Origin: Verrucomicrobiota bacterium
Lineage (GTDB): Bacteria > Verrucomicrobiota > Verrucomicrobiia > Verrucomicrobiales > Verrucomicrobiaceae
Assembly: GCA_963204975.1 (NCBI GenBank)
Contig: CAUJJC010000275.1
Location: forward strand, 5,893-69,892
DNA: 64,000 nt
Direction of reading: 5' to 3'
This document shows positions 45,137 through 54,750 of the stretch, piece after piece (position 1 is the first letter of the stretch; each line of letters begins with the position of its first letter). Both the position numbers and the translations under genes were made by a program. The notes below the pieces were generated by a model. That model did not search any database. It was not told the DNA's origin and was given only the letters and a program-made list of their open reading frames with translations.

Positions 45137-45257
45137 CGAGTCCGGCAAAGATACCGCCAACCACGACTCCGCAACCTACCGAGCCGATATCCCGCACGCC
45201 ATTGTGAACACGGGCAACCAGGAGGCTGTGGTTTTCTTGGTGGTGATTTATCGGTGA
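45137..45257 (+). repeat. Direct repeat copy 2: displaced 3' end of the XRE-cupin gene, now without a start
   Basis: Encodes ESGKDTANHDSATYRADIPHAIVNTGNQEAVVFLVVIYR* with a TAG in frame upstream. Followed by the terminator hairpin. Confidence 0.9.
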
Positions 45258-45265
45258 AAATGAAG

Positions 45266-45296
45266 AAGGCGGTGAAGCATTGCTCCACCGCCTTTC
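45266..45296. terminator. Bidirectional terminator hairpin between the XRE-cupin remnant and rpiB-glyA
   Basis: AAGGCGGTG-N11-CACCGCCTT (9-bp perfect stem). T-rich on the minus-strand side (CTTCATTTTC). Confidence 0.6.
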
Positions 45297-45320
45297 GATG
45301 TGACTGCTGGACGGGGTGAC

Positions 45321-47000
45321 TTACGGCACCGGGAAGCGCTTGTTCACTTCGTGCACTTCGGCGCGGATGGCGGCGAGGACTTCGGCGTTGTCTTTGTTGT
45401 CGAGGGCGCGCGCGATCCAGCCAGCGATGGTCTGCATCTCGGCTTCCTTCATGCCACGCGTGGTGACGGCAGGGGTGCCGAGGCGGATGCCGCCGCCGAG
45501 GGTGTTCTTCTCGGTGTCGTAGGGGATGCCGTTCTTGTTGCAGGTGATCGCTGCCTTGTCGAGCGTCTCGCTGGCGATCTTGCCGTTGAGACCCTTTGGA
45601 CGCAGGTCCACGAGCATGAGGTGATTGTCCGTGCCGCCGCTGACGATGCGGAAGCCATGGCTGGTCATCGCAGCAGCGAGCGCCTGGGCGTTCTTCACGA
45701 CCTGCTTCTGGTATTCGATGAACCCAGGCTGCAGCGCTTCGTGGAAGCACACCGCCTTGGCTGCGATGACGTGCATGAGTGGGCCGCCCTGCACGCCGGG
45801 GAAGACCTGGCTGTTGATCTTCTTGATGAGTTCCTCGCTGTTCGTGAGGATCATACCGCCGCGAGGTCCGCGCAGGGACTTGTGCGTGGTGGTAGTGACG
45901 AAGTCCGCGTATTCCATCGGCGAGGGATGCACGCCTGCGGCCACGAGACCGGCGATGTGCGCCATATCGACGAAGAGGTAAGCGCCCACGCTCTTGGCGA
46001 TCTCGCTCATCTTCTTGAAGTCGATGATGCGCGGATAGGCGGAGGCACCGGCGGTGATCATCTTCGGCTGCTCGCGCTTGGCGACTTCGGCGAGTTCATC
46101 GTAGTCGATGAGTTCGTCGGACTGGCGGACGCCGTATTGGCAGAAGTTGTAGAAGCGGCCCGAGAAGTTGGCCAGATTGCCATGAGTCAAGTGACCGCCG
46201 TGGGCAAGGTTCATGCCGAGCACCTTGTCGCCGGGCTGGAGCACGCTGAAATAGACAGCGGCGTTGGCTTGCGAGCCGGAGTGCGGCTGCACGTTGGCGA
46301 ACTTCGCACCGAAGAGCTTGCAGGCGCGGTCGATGGCGAGTTGCTCGGCCTTATCGACTTCCTCGCAGCCGCCATACCAGCGCTTGGCGGGATAGCCTTC
46401 CGCATACTTGTTGGTCAGGCAGGAGCCCTGAGCGGCCATGACGGCGCGCGAAGTAAAGTTCTCGCTCGCGATGAGTTCGATGTGGTCCTGCTGACGCAGC
46501 GCTTCGCCACGCACGATGGCGGCGATTTCGGGGTCGGTGGCTTCGAGGATGTCGTTGGGGGTCTTGTTCATGTTCATCTTGTCAACTCTGCGTCCATGGC
46601 GTCCGCCGCTGAAGCTCGCGCTCAGCCAGGCATCGGCGATGGCATTTCCTTGTTCGGGGGAAGTGGCTTTGGCACCCATCACCAGCACGTTGCTGTTGTT
46701 GTGCTCGCGCGTGATCTTGGCGGTCTCAACATCGGCCACAAGGCTGGCTTGGATGCCTGGGTGGCGGTTCGCCGCGATGCTCATGCCGATGCCCGTGGTG
46801 CAGAAGAGCATGCCTGCATCTGCGCTGCCATCGAGCACGCGCGAGGTCACGAGATCAGCGAAGTCCGGGTAATCCACAGACGCATGACCATGCGTGCCCA
46901 GGTCATCCACGGCATAACCTTTCTCACGGAGGTAGGCGACAACGCTGTCCTTCAGATCAACGGCACCGTGATCGGCACCCATGGCTATGCGCTGACTCAT
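45321..47000 (-). CDS. rpiB-glyA: Fused ribose-5-phosphate isomerase B / serine hydroxymethyltransferase ORF
   Basis: Single 559-aa ORF. N-terminal RpiB ([33 protein letters not shown]) runs without a stop into GlyA ([22 protein letters not shown]). Confidence 0.85.
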   Translation of the reverse strand: MSQRIAMGADHGAVDLKDSVVAYLREKGYAVDDLGTHGHASVDYPDFADLVTSRVLDGSADAGMLFCTTGIGMSIAANRHPGIQASLVADVETAKITREHNNSNVLVMGAKATSPEQGNAIADAWLSASFSGGRHGRRVDKMNMNKTPNDILEATDPEIAAIVRGEALRQQDHIELIASENFTSRAVMAAQGSCLTNKYAEGYPAKRWYGGCEEVDKAEQLAIDRACKLFGAKFANVQPHSGSQANAAVYFSVLQPGDKVLGMNLAHGGHLTHGNLANFSGRFYNFCQYGVRQSDELIDYDELAEVAKREQPKMITAGASAYPRIIDFKKMSEIAKSVGAYLFVDMAHIAGLVAAGVHPSPMEYADFVTTTTHKSLRGPRGGMILTNSEELIKKINSQVFPGVQGGPLMHVIAAKAVCFHEALQPGFIEYQKQVVKNAQALAAAMTSHGFRIVSGGTDNHLMLVDLRPKGLNGKIASETLDKAAITCNKNGIPYDTEKNTLGGGIRLGTPAVTTRGMKEAEMQTIAGWIARALDNKDNAEVLAAIRAEVHEVNKRFPVP

Positions 47001-47479
47001 GCTTCTTCGCTCTTCGGTTTGGTGGTTTGTTCGATGTAGGCGAGCACCGTGGGCAGGAGCTTTTCCAGCATCCAGCGCGTGTCGTCATAGATGCGGCGCG
47101 GGCCGCCGAAGGGATCGGTCACGTCCGCGTTGCGCAGCATGTCCTCGGCGGCGAACTCGCTCACGAGATACGCTTTGCCGTCGGCCTCGGGGAACTCATC
47201 GACCACGGCCTCCAGGTGATGCTTCGCCATGGTGAAAATGTGCGTCGCTTGCTCGACCAGATCGCGAGTCAGCGGACGGCTCTTGAACCCGCTCACGTCC
47301 ACGCCCTTTTCCTTCAAGATGTCAGCGGTGTGCTTGCTCGCATTGCCACCGGGCATCGCGGCGACGCCTGCTGAGCCAACCTGGTAGTCGCTGCGGTCCT
47401 TGACCAGTTCGCGGAAAAGCCCCTCAGCCATCGGGCTGCGGCAGGTGTTTCCGGTGCAGACAAAAAGGACGTGTTTCAA
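46997..47479 (-). CDS. Low-molecular-weight protein tyrosine/arginine phosphatase
   Basis: 160 aa. CX5R(S) loop [16 protein letters not shown] motif near the C-terminus. Confidence 0.9.
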   Translation of the reverse strand: MKHVLFVCTGNTCRSPMAEGLFRELVKDRSDYQVGSAGVAAMPGGNASKHTADILKEKGVDVSGFKSRPLTRDLVEQATHIFTMAKHHLEAVVDEFPEADGKAYLVSEFAAEDMLRNADVTDPFGGPRRIYDDTRWMLEKLLPTVLAYIEQTTKPKSEEA

Positions 47480-47588
47480 GGCGAAGACCGGCGGGCTTGC
47501 CGGGCGTTCAGAGTGCCCCGCTGGCTGCCCTTGTCAAAAGGGGAATCGGAGCGAAGTGCCGGGCGCGGCATTGCCATTTCGCAGATCG

Positions 47589-50500
47589 CTATTCGATCTT
47601 GGGTGACCTCGGCTCGGGTAGCACGGTGTCGATGGTGTCCGGCAGTTTGGGGAGTTCCACCGGCTGAAATTTCTCCCCTGAGGGCACGAGGTGCGGCTCG
47701 GTAGAGCTGGTAGTCGTCTGTGTAGGCGAGGCGAGGCTGTCGAGCAGCGGCGAGCCGGGATGGAACACTCGGAGCAGATTGCGGATGACGTTGGCGTTGG
47801 CTTCAGGCGTGTATTCAGTGCTGAACTTGGGTTCCGCGTATAGGGGCTCGAACTCGACCCGCGCGGTGCTAGCGGGTATGTCCACTGGCGGCAAACTGGA
47901 ACCTCGACCGGGCACGTAATCGTAGCTGCGGCCATCGCTGGAGACGATGATGTCGGCGGGCTTGAAGCTGCCGAGCGGCCAGGGATTGGGGTAGCGACGG
48001 CGGGGTGGCCCTTGCGTAATTTGGGTTAAGTCACTGAGCCGTGAGTTCACCTGCTCAAGTTTCGCAAATATTGCCGGCGTGGCCTTAACCTGGTTCTGCG
48101 GAATGCCGGACATGATCTTCTGTGCCGCTCCTTGTGTCATCGCCAAGACTTTTAGAAACTCAACAGTGCGAACTCGAGCCCTGCCATTCGCAACCACCTC
48201 TCCCCCAGCGGACAGTTGCACCTCGACATCTGGATCGATTGCGTCCCAGGTGGTCTGCTTGTTCCGATGAAAAATGGCGGGACCACGCAGGATGTAGAAA
48301 TCGCCCCGGCTCTCCAATTGCCCACTGTGCCGGATGTTGGTGAGATGGACCTTGTCAGATCGTGAGTTCAACAACCAGTCCACAGTCAACCACGAGGGCA
48401 ACGCCGACGCATCCGCAGATGTGGAGCCCTTGTCGGGCATGACATGCTTTGGCGCGCTGGGACGCAGCTTGGTGAGGGCCGCATCGAGTGCGGGCAGTTC
48501 ACCGGGTTTGATGAAACCGAAGTGCACGGGGCCGTGGAAGGACATTTTACCGGTGTTCGAGACCATGACGTTCGCTTTCTGCCCGCTGATCAGTATCTGG
48601 CCGTTTACCACGACCACGTTGCCGGTGAACATGGTGACCCCTTCGGCATCCGGTTTCTCGTGGCGCTTCATTTCACCATCATAGAAGAAGCAAGCGGGAC
48701 CTGGGGAATCCATGAGCGGATCGTTGGGAAGCAATTTGAAGGGCACGGAGGTGGACTTCGCAGACTGGAGCCACTCGGCATTGATCCAGGCAGGTGGCGG
48801 GTCGGGTTTCTTGGGCTGGCCTTTGACCGCGCGTTGCCAGTGCTCAGGCAGCACGTCGAGGCTGGTGACGAAAGTGGCTTCGTCAGCGTCGATGGTTGCT
48901 TTGCCGTTCTTGCCAACGGTGATCCGCCCGTCGCCATGGAAGAACTGGACGCGAGTGGGATGCTTCGTGTCGATCAACGCGATGTCGGTGGCGCGTATCG
49001 GGCCAGCTGAAAGGTTCTGTGCGTTGGGCTGATAAAGGATCGTGGTGCCTGGATCGGCGGGCACGCTGAGACGGCTGGCCGTGTCGAGCCACTGCTGATC
49101 GAGCGCTTCGATCCAGCTCACGGCTTTCAGCTTCTTGAGCGCGCCCTCCATGATCTCTTTGGCGATCAGTGCGGCGACGGCTCCTCCGCTGACGCTTTCG
49201 CCGAAGCTGCCTTCATAAACGACGGTGACGACGAGCTTGGGGTTGTCAGCAGGCGCGAAGCCGGTGAACCAGGCGAGGGATTTGCTCCTGTCGGGATCTT
49301 CGTTCACCACCCATTGCGCGGTGCCGCTTTTTCCAGCGACGGTGACGCCTTCAACCATCGCGTTATGGCCGGTGCCGCCGTCGCCTTGCACGCTCTCGAT
49401 CATGCCGCGCTTCACGAGGTCGAGGTGCTCGGGCTTGAGCCCTTTCGCGATGAGGTCGGTGCGCACCTGGGCGGGCTCGCGGGTCTTGAGCAGGCGGGGT
49501 GTGAGCACCTTGCCGCCATTGCTGATCGCGGCGGTGGCCACAGCGACTTGCAGCGGTGTGGCGGTGGTGATTTGCCCGATGGCGATGCTCGCGAGGATGC
49601 CGGGCGGTATCGGGCGGTCCAATGTTTGTAGGTAGTAGGCGTCGGTGGGGAGGAAGGTTTTGCCTTCCACCAACGGAATGCCGGTGGGTGAGCCGAAGCC
49701 AAGGTCGCTGGCCATGCTGGTGATGGGGTCGGCTCCTGTCTTGAGCGCGGCCTGGTAGAACCAGGTGTTGCACGAGCGCTTGATGGCCGTGACGAGGTCG
49801 ATGGAGCCTTCAGGATACTTGTGCCAGTTGCGAAAGGTGCGGTCGCCGATCTTAAACTCGGGCGAGCCGTCGAAGATCGTCTTCTCGTCGATGGCTCCGC
49901 TCTTCAATCCGGCGAGCGCGGTGACGAGCTTGAACGTGGACGCGGGGAAGTAGACAGACTGGAAGGCGCGGCCAAAGAGGGGGGTCTTGGTGTCCTTGAC
50001 TAGCTCCTCAAAATGTTTGACCGAGATGCGTGGCACGAAGTCGTTCGGGTTGAACATGGGATTCGAGGCGAGGGCGAGGATGTCGCCGGTGTTCGGATCG
50101 AGCACGACGGCGGCTCCGCCTCTGGGGGAGCGCTTCTGGAGTATGCTCTCTGCAAGGGCCTGGATTTCAGCATCGAGCGTGAGCTGCACGTCTTGCTTTG
50201 CAGCGAGTGTGGCTTCTTGCGACAGCTCAATGCCAGAGCGGCCGAAGAGTTCGGGTTTTCCACGGTTGACCTGACCTGCGAAGCCGAGCACATGCGCGGC
50301 GAGAGTTTGCTTCGGGTAACGTCGCTCGCCGATGCTGGGGCTCTCGGCGTGGACAACGCCGTTGCGGTCGTGGATTCGACCGCGCGGCGGGGCATCGGCT
50401 TGGGCGCGAGGCTGGATGCCAAAGCCAGAGGCAAGAATGATCAGGGTAATCAAGGGCCAGGCATTGAGCCGCATCGGGGCGGGAGGAGGCAGGAGCAGGC

Positions 50501-51467
50501 GGCGGATGCGGGTGAGCACGGGCATGTGTCCAGTGGCGGCGAGGGCGAGCGAAGGACTGCCATCAAGGGCAAGCCGACCAAGTGCCTGCGCCAGCGTGTG
50601 GCGCTCGATGCCGCGCGCGGTGGCGAGATCGTCGGCACATAGTTCGCGGTCCTCGCGAGCGCGACGGCTGATCCACCACACGGCGGGATGGAAGAAGAGA
50701 AGCGTCTCGATCGCGCACTGGAGAAGATTAAGCACGTCGTCCCAGCGGCGGAGGTGCGCGAGTTCGTGGGCGAGCAGGGCTTCGACTTGATCGGGTGAGA
50801 AGCCGGTGAGCACACTGGCAGGCAGCAGCACCACGGGCCGCAGCGTACCGATGACCATGGGCGCGAGCGCTCTGGCGGAGACGATCACCCTGTAGCCGCG
50901 CCGCAGGCCAAGGCGTGAGGCGATGCCGCGTGCGACGGCGAGGAGGGCATCGGGCGCAGGCTCCGTGTCGCGAGTGCGCAGACGATGCAGCCACCACAGG
51001 GCTCCGGCATGGCGCAGCGTGAGCAAGATCACGCCGATCAGCCATGCAGCCGCCAGGGCAGGCAAGGCACGGCGTGACTGCGTGAGCGCCTGGAGATGGG
51101 GCATATAGGGCGTATAAGCCGTATAGGACATAGATGTCCTATACGCAGCACCCTGGACCTGCGCGCCTGCCTCCTGGCCACTCGCCGAAGAACCCAGTGC
51201 CTCCGCATCGCCCACCTCCCCCTCGACCGAAGGGCTGACCACCTGCGTCTGCATCCGTGGCACCGCTTTCTCCGCCCACAGGCCTGCCACTGGCCACGCG
51301 ACGCACGCCACCAATGCGATCATCGCCAGCAGGTGCCGGGCCTGCGGACTGCGGAAGAACCATCGGCTAACGATCAGCACGACGGCGATGGCGGTGATAT
51401 GCCAGAGCGAGTGCAGGAGCATCCAGCCGATGCGTTCAGCAAGCGGGGAGCTGAGGAGCGTGTTCAT
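47589..51467 (-). CDS. BlaR1/MecR1-type M56 peptidase fused to a PBP2-like transpeptidase domain and a ~500 aa C-terminal extension
   Basis: 1292 aa. M56 domain with HELAHLRRWD. PBP dimerisation-like RIHDRNGVV...RRYPKQTLAAHVLGF. Transpeptidase boxes STFK, SCN, KSGTA. Unknown beta-rich C-terminus. Confidence 0.8.
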   Translation of the reverse strand: MNTLLSSPLAERIGWMLLHSLWHITAIAVVLIVSRWFFRSPQARHLLAMIALVACVAWPVAGLWAEKAVPRMQTQVVSPSVEGEVGDAEALGSSASGQEAGAQVQGAAYRTSMSYTAYTPYMPHLQALTQSRRALPALAAAWLIGVILLTLRHAGALWWLHRLRTRDTEPAPDALLAVARGIASRLGLRRGYRVIVSARALAPMVIGTLRPVVLLPASVLTGFSPDQVEALLAHELAHLRRWDDVLNLLQCAIETLLFFHPAVWWISRRAREDRELCADDLATARGIERHTLAQALGRLALDGSPSLALAATGHMPVLTRIRRLLLPPPAPMRLNAWPLITLIILASGFGIQPRAQADAPPRGRIHDRNGVVHAESPSIGERRYPKQTLAAHVLGFAGQVNRGKPELFGRSGIELSQEATLAAKQDVQLTLDAEIQALAESILQKRSPRGGAAVVLDPNTGDILALASNPMFNPNDFVPRISVKHFEELVKDTKTPLFGRAFQSVYFPASTFKLVTALAGLKSGAIDEKTIFDGSPEFKIGDRTFRNWHKYPEGSIDLVTAIKRSCNTWFYQAALKTGADPITSMASDLGFGSPTGIPLVEGKTFLPTDAYYLQTLDRPIPPGILASIAIGQITTATPLQVAVATAAISNGGKVLTPRLLKTREPAQVRTDLIAKGLKPEHLDLVKRGMIESVQGDGGTGHNAMVEGVTVAGKSGTAQWVVNEDPDRSKSLAWFTGFAPADNPKLVVTVVYEGSFGESVSGGAVAALIAKEIMEGALKKLKAVSWIEALDQQWLDTASRLSVPADPGTTILYQPNAQNLSAGPIRATDIALIDTKHPTRVQFFHGDGRITVGKNGKATIDADEATFVTSLDVLPEHWQRAVKGQPKKPDPPPAWINAEWLQSAKSTSVPFKLLPNDPLMDSPGPACFFYDGEMKRHEKPDAEGVTMFTGNVVVVNGQILISGQKANVMVSNTGKMSFHGPVHFGFIKPGELPALDAALTKLRPSAPKHVMPDKGSTSADASALPSWLTVDWLLNSRSDKVHLTNIRHSGQLESRGDFYILRGPAIFHRNKQTTWDAIDPDVEVQLSAGGEVVANGRARVRTVEFLKVLAMTQGAAQKIMSGIPQNQVKATPAIFAKLEQVNSRLSDLTQITQGPPRRRYPNPWPLGSFKPADIIVSSDGRSYDYVPGRGSSLPPVDIPASTARVEFEPLYAEPKFSTEYTPEANANVIRNLLRVFHPGSPLLDSLASPTQTTTSSTEPHLVPSGEKFQPVELPKLPDTIDTVLPEPRSPKIE

Positions 51468-51853
51468 GATTTGCCACGGGTTTGCTGGTTGAGGAGCTTC
51501 TGAATCTCGGCGGCCTCGGCCTTGCTGAGCTTCGTGGTGCCGAGCGCTTGCAGCACGAGTTCGCTCACACTGCCCTGGAAGAGCCGGTCGAGCAGATCGC
51601 CCACCATTTGCTTCTTCGTCGTGTCTGGCGACACGGCCGGGCTGTAGCTATGGGTGCGGTCAGCGTCGTCGCGAGTGACGAGACCCTTCTCCGTCATGAT
51701 CTGGAAAAACTTGAGCACCGTGGTGTAGGCGAGCGGTGGATCGCGCTCCTCGTTCAAGGTCTCCATCACCTCGCGCACGGTGGCGGGATGCTTTTTCCAG
51801 AGCGCGCGCAGGATGGCGAGTTCGGACTCGGTCGGCTTGGGCAGATCGGACAT
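51464..51853 (-). CDS. blaI: BlaI/MecI/CopY-family transcriptional repressor
   Basis: 129 aa. Winged helix ESELAILRALWKKHPATVREVMETL...AYTTVLKFFQIMTEKGLV. ATGA-coupled to the M56 gene. Confidence 0.88.
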   Translation of the reverse strand: MSDLPKPTESELAILRALWKKHPATVREVMETLNEERDPPLAYTTVLKFFQIMTEKGLVTRDDADRTHSYSPAVSPDTTKKQMVGDLLDRLFQGSVSELVLQALGTTKLSKAEAAEIQKLLNQQTRGKS

Positions 51854-51862
51854 GGCGCGGTT

Positions 51863-51903
51863 CTACTAATTTCTTCGTTTTTAGTCAACGAATAATTTAG
51901 TAG
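51863..51903. promoter_or_regulatory. Candidate BlaI operator (17-bp imperfect inverted repeat)
   Basis: CTACTAATTTCTTCGTT-N7-AACGAATAATTTAGTAG (15/17 complementary), starting 10 nt upstream of the blaI ATG in an AT-rich stretch. Confidence 0.55.
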
Positions 51904-52052
51904 ATCGCCACGAACGAGTTTGAAGAGGAGTTTGCGCGGTGCAGCTTCAGCGCTCGTTCCGATCCGCAAACCTCGCTCCATCAAGGGCTGGCACAAGAAA
52001 GCCGCACTTCCTGGCTGCATGAATGGACGGTGATGCTTTAATCGCCGCTCCC

Positions 52053-53057
52053 ATGACTTACCCCCAAGTCCAAGACTCCCTTCGTTCGTCTCCTCGCGCC
52101 TGGCTTGTGACCGGTGCTGCTGGATTCATCGGTTCCCACGTTGTCGAAAAACTCCTCTCCCTCGGCCAGCGCGTGCGAGTGATGGACAACTACTTCTCCA
52201 GCACGCCGCGCAATCTGGAGATCGTGCGCGGCATCGTGGGCGACGAGGCCGCCGGACGCCTTGAGTTTGTCCAGGGCGACATCCGTTCGGGAGCTGACTG
52301 CGCCCATGCGGTGCAAGGCATGGATCAAGTCATTCACCTCGCCGCGATGGGCAGCGTGCCCATGTCGATGGACAAGCCGCTGGAGTGCAATGAGATCAAC
52401 GTGACAGGCACGCTGAACATGATGCAGGCCGCCCACTCGTCAGGCATCCGGCGCTTCGTCTATGCTAGCAGCAGCGCGGTGTATGGTGACGATGCCTTGC
52501 CCACGAAGGTGGAGCACAGCCTGGGCCGGCCTTTGTCGCCGTATGCGGCGAGCAAGTTCATCGACGAGGTCTATGCACGCACCTACCTGATGGCGTATGG
52601 ATTGCAGACCGTAGGCCTGCGCTTCTTCAATGTCTTCGGCCCCCGGCAGGACCCCAAGGGAGCCTACGCCGCCGTCATTCCCTGCTGGATCAGCCAGATG
52701 CAGAACAACGAGCCGGTTTACATCAACGGCACGGGCGAGAACACGCGCGACTTCTGCTTCGTGCGCGACGTGGTGCAGGCCTTGATCCTGGCCAGCATGA
52801 CAACGAACGAGGAAGCCTTCGGCAACGCCTTCAATGTCGGCCTCGGCAAGGCCACCGACCTCAACGAACTGTTCTCAACAATCCGCACGCTGGTGCAGGA
52901 GCAATCGGGCAAAGCGGTCCCCGACGTGATTCATCGCGCGCCTCGAGCAGGCGACATCCTGCACTCCTGCGCGAATACGGATCGAGTGCAAAGCGTGCTG
53001 CAGTTTGCGCCTGAATACTCCGTGATGGAAGGCCTGCGAATCACCGTGGCGAACTGA
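52053..53057 (+). CDS. NAD-dependent sugar-nucleotide epimerase (WbpP/UDP-GlcNAc 4-epimerase-like SDR)
   Basis: TGAAGFIGSH Rossmann motif and YAASK catalytic motif. The start could instead be ATG 52023. Confidence 0.8.
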   Translation: MTYPQVQDSLRSSPRAWLVTGAAGFIGSHVVEKLLSLGQRVRVMDNYFSSTPRNLEIVRGIVGDEAAGRLEFVQGDIRSGADCAHAVQGMDQVIHLAAMGSVPMSMDKPLECNEINVTGTLNMMQAAHSSGIRRFVYASSSAVYGDDALPTKVEHSLGRPLSPYAASKFIDEVYARTYLMAYGLQTVGLRFFNVFGPRQDPKGAYAAVIPCWISQMQNNEPVYINGTGENTRDFCFVRDVVQALILASMTTNEEAFGNAFNVGLGKATDLNELFSTIRTLVQEQSGKAVPDVIHRAPRAGDILHSCANTDRVQSVLQFAPEYSVMEGLRITVAN

Positions 53058-53060
53058 ACC

Positions 53061-53649
53061 ATGAACGCACTCGACACGCTCAACGCGATCATCCGCCATC
53101 GCCGCACGATCAAGCCACAGAGCATGGATGCGGCGAAGCCCGTTGATCGCGCCTTGCTCATGTCCTTGCTGGAAAACGGCACCTGGGCACCCACGCATGG
53201 CGTGACGGAGCCGTGGCGGTTCCGCGTCTAATGAAGGCGACTCACGAGCCGCGCTGGCGAAGGCACTCGGTGAACTCTACCAGGCGACCACACCACCGAA
53301 CGAGTTTCGTGACGACAAACTGATCAAGCTCAGTGAGAACGCCCTCCTTGCACCCACGGTCGTGGTGGTGTCGATGCAGCGCAGCGTGGGACACAAGGTG
53401 CCCGCCATCGAAGAACTCGAGGCCGTGGCCTGCGCGATGCAAAACATCATGCTCAGCGCTGCGGCGGTGGAGCTGGGTTCCTTCTGGAGTTCACCTCCGC
53501 TGATCGAGACGAATGAATTCCGCCAGTGGCTGGGCATCGGAGCCGAAGACCAATGCCTGGGGCTGCTCTACCTTGGCTGGCCGAAGAGCGGATTCGAGTG
53601 GCCCAAAAGCCAGCGCAAACCCGTCGAGAGTTTCGTTTCCTGGGCGTGA
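53061..53649 (+). pseudogene. Nitroreductase-family gene interrupted by a +1 frameshift
   Basis: Frame a: MNALDTLNAIIRHRRTIKPQS...THGVTEPWRFRV*, with the stop at 53229-53231. The reading continues in the next frame: EGDSRAALAKALGELYQ...SFWSSPP...LLYLGWP. Deleting one A in GTCTAATGAAGG restores VYEGD. Confidence 0.7.
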
Positions 53650-53650
53650 T

Positions 53651-54658
53651 TCACTGACCAAAGCCGGTGCCCTTGACGAGCGTCTTCACGCGCAGCAGGA
53701 ACATGTCTGCCGTGATGTAAATCGTGGAGCCGTCATCACCGAAAGCGCAGTTGCCCGTGGCCTGTCCGGTGAGGATGGAGCCCAGGTGCTTGCCTTCTTT
53801 GGTGATGATGAGCACGCCTCCTGGACCAGTGGTCCAGATATTGCCCTGGGTGTCCACCTTCATGCCATCGCACAGGCCTTTGCGAGTGGGTGATTTCAGC
53901 GGCTGAGCATCGAACAGCACGCGACCGTTCTTCGCCTTGCGGATGACGTCGCCATTGTCCACCATCGCAATTTCGTTGAGATCATAGGCCATGATGCGCG
54001 TGCTCACGGGGTCGGAGACCGCGAGGTAGAGGGTGTTCTGGTCGGGGCTCAAGGCGATGCCATTGGGGAACTTCACGTCCTCGATAAGAAGCACCGCCTT
54101 GCCTGACTTGCCCACGGCATACACGCCATGGAATGGCAGCTCGGCCTTCGTCTTGTCCTTCAATCCATAAGGCGGGTCGGTGAAGTAAATGATGCCCTTC
54201 TTGTCGATGACGAGATCATTGGGACTGTTGAAGCGCTTGCCGTCGTAGCGGTCGGCGAGCGAGGTGAAGCTACCGTCCTTTTCGAGGCGGGCGATGCGAC
54301 GCTCGCCATGCTGGCAGAGGATGAGATTTCCCGCTGCATCCACCGCGAGACCATTGGAGCCCTGACCATCATTGCGAAGACTGCCGCTGGGCTTGAGCAC
54401 GACGGAGGCTGCGCTGTCGCCTTCCTTCCAGCCGAAGACGGTGTTCTCCGGCACATCAGAGAACACGATGCGACCATCACGCCAGACGGGGCCTTCGGAC
54501 CAATTGAAGCCCGTGGCGAGGACTTCGATCTTCGCATCCTTGGCGAGCAAGGCATCCAGGGCGGGATCGAGGCGCTCGATGCTGCCATCGAAGGGCGGCA
54601 CGGGTTCAGCAGCGAGGGCGGGCAAGGCGGCGACGAGGAGCAAGGACAAGGCTTTCAT
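53651..54658 (-). CDS. SMP-30/gluconolactonase/LRE-family beta-propeller, secreted
   Basis: Start set at MKALSLLLVAALPALAA. FNWSEGPVW, SNGLAVD, FNSPNDLV, PNGIALSPD. Confidence 0.85.
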   Translation of the reverse strand: MKALSLLLVAALPALAAEPVPPFDGSIERLDPALDALLAKDAKIEVLATGFNWSEGPVWRDGRIVFSDVPENTVFGWKEGDSAASVVLKPSGSLRNDGQGSNGLAVDAAGNLILCQHGERRIARLEKDGSFTSLADRYDGKRFNSPNDLVIDKKGIIYFTDPPYGLKDKTKAELPFHGVYAVGKSGKAVLLIEDVKFPNGIALSPDQNTLYLAVSDPVSTRIMAYDLNEIAMVDNGDVIRKAKNGRVLFDAQPLKSPTRKGLCDGMKVDTQGNIWTTGPGGVLIITKEGKHLGSILTGQATGNCAFGDDGSTIYITADMFLLRVKTLVKGTGFGQ

Positions 54659-54750
54659 GCGGTCCCGAGTATGGGAAGTGGGTCTGCGGGACACAAGCCA
54701 GATTCGCGACCCGTGCTCGACAAGCCAAGCCTCACAGCCTAGATGCACTC

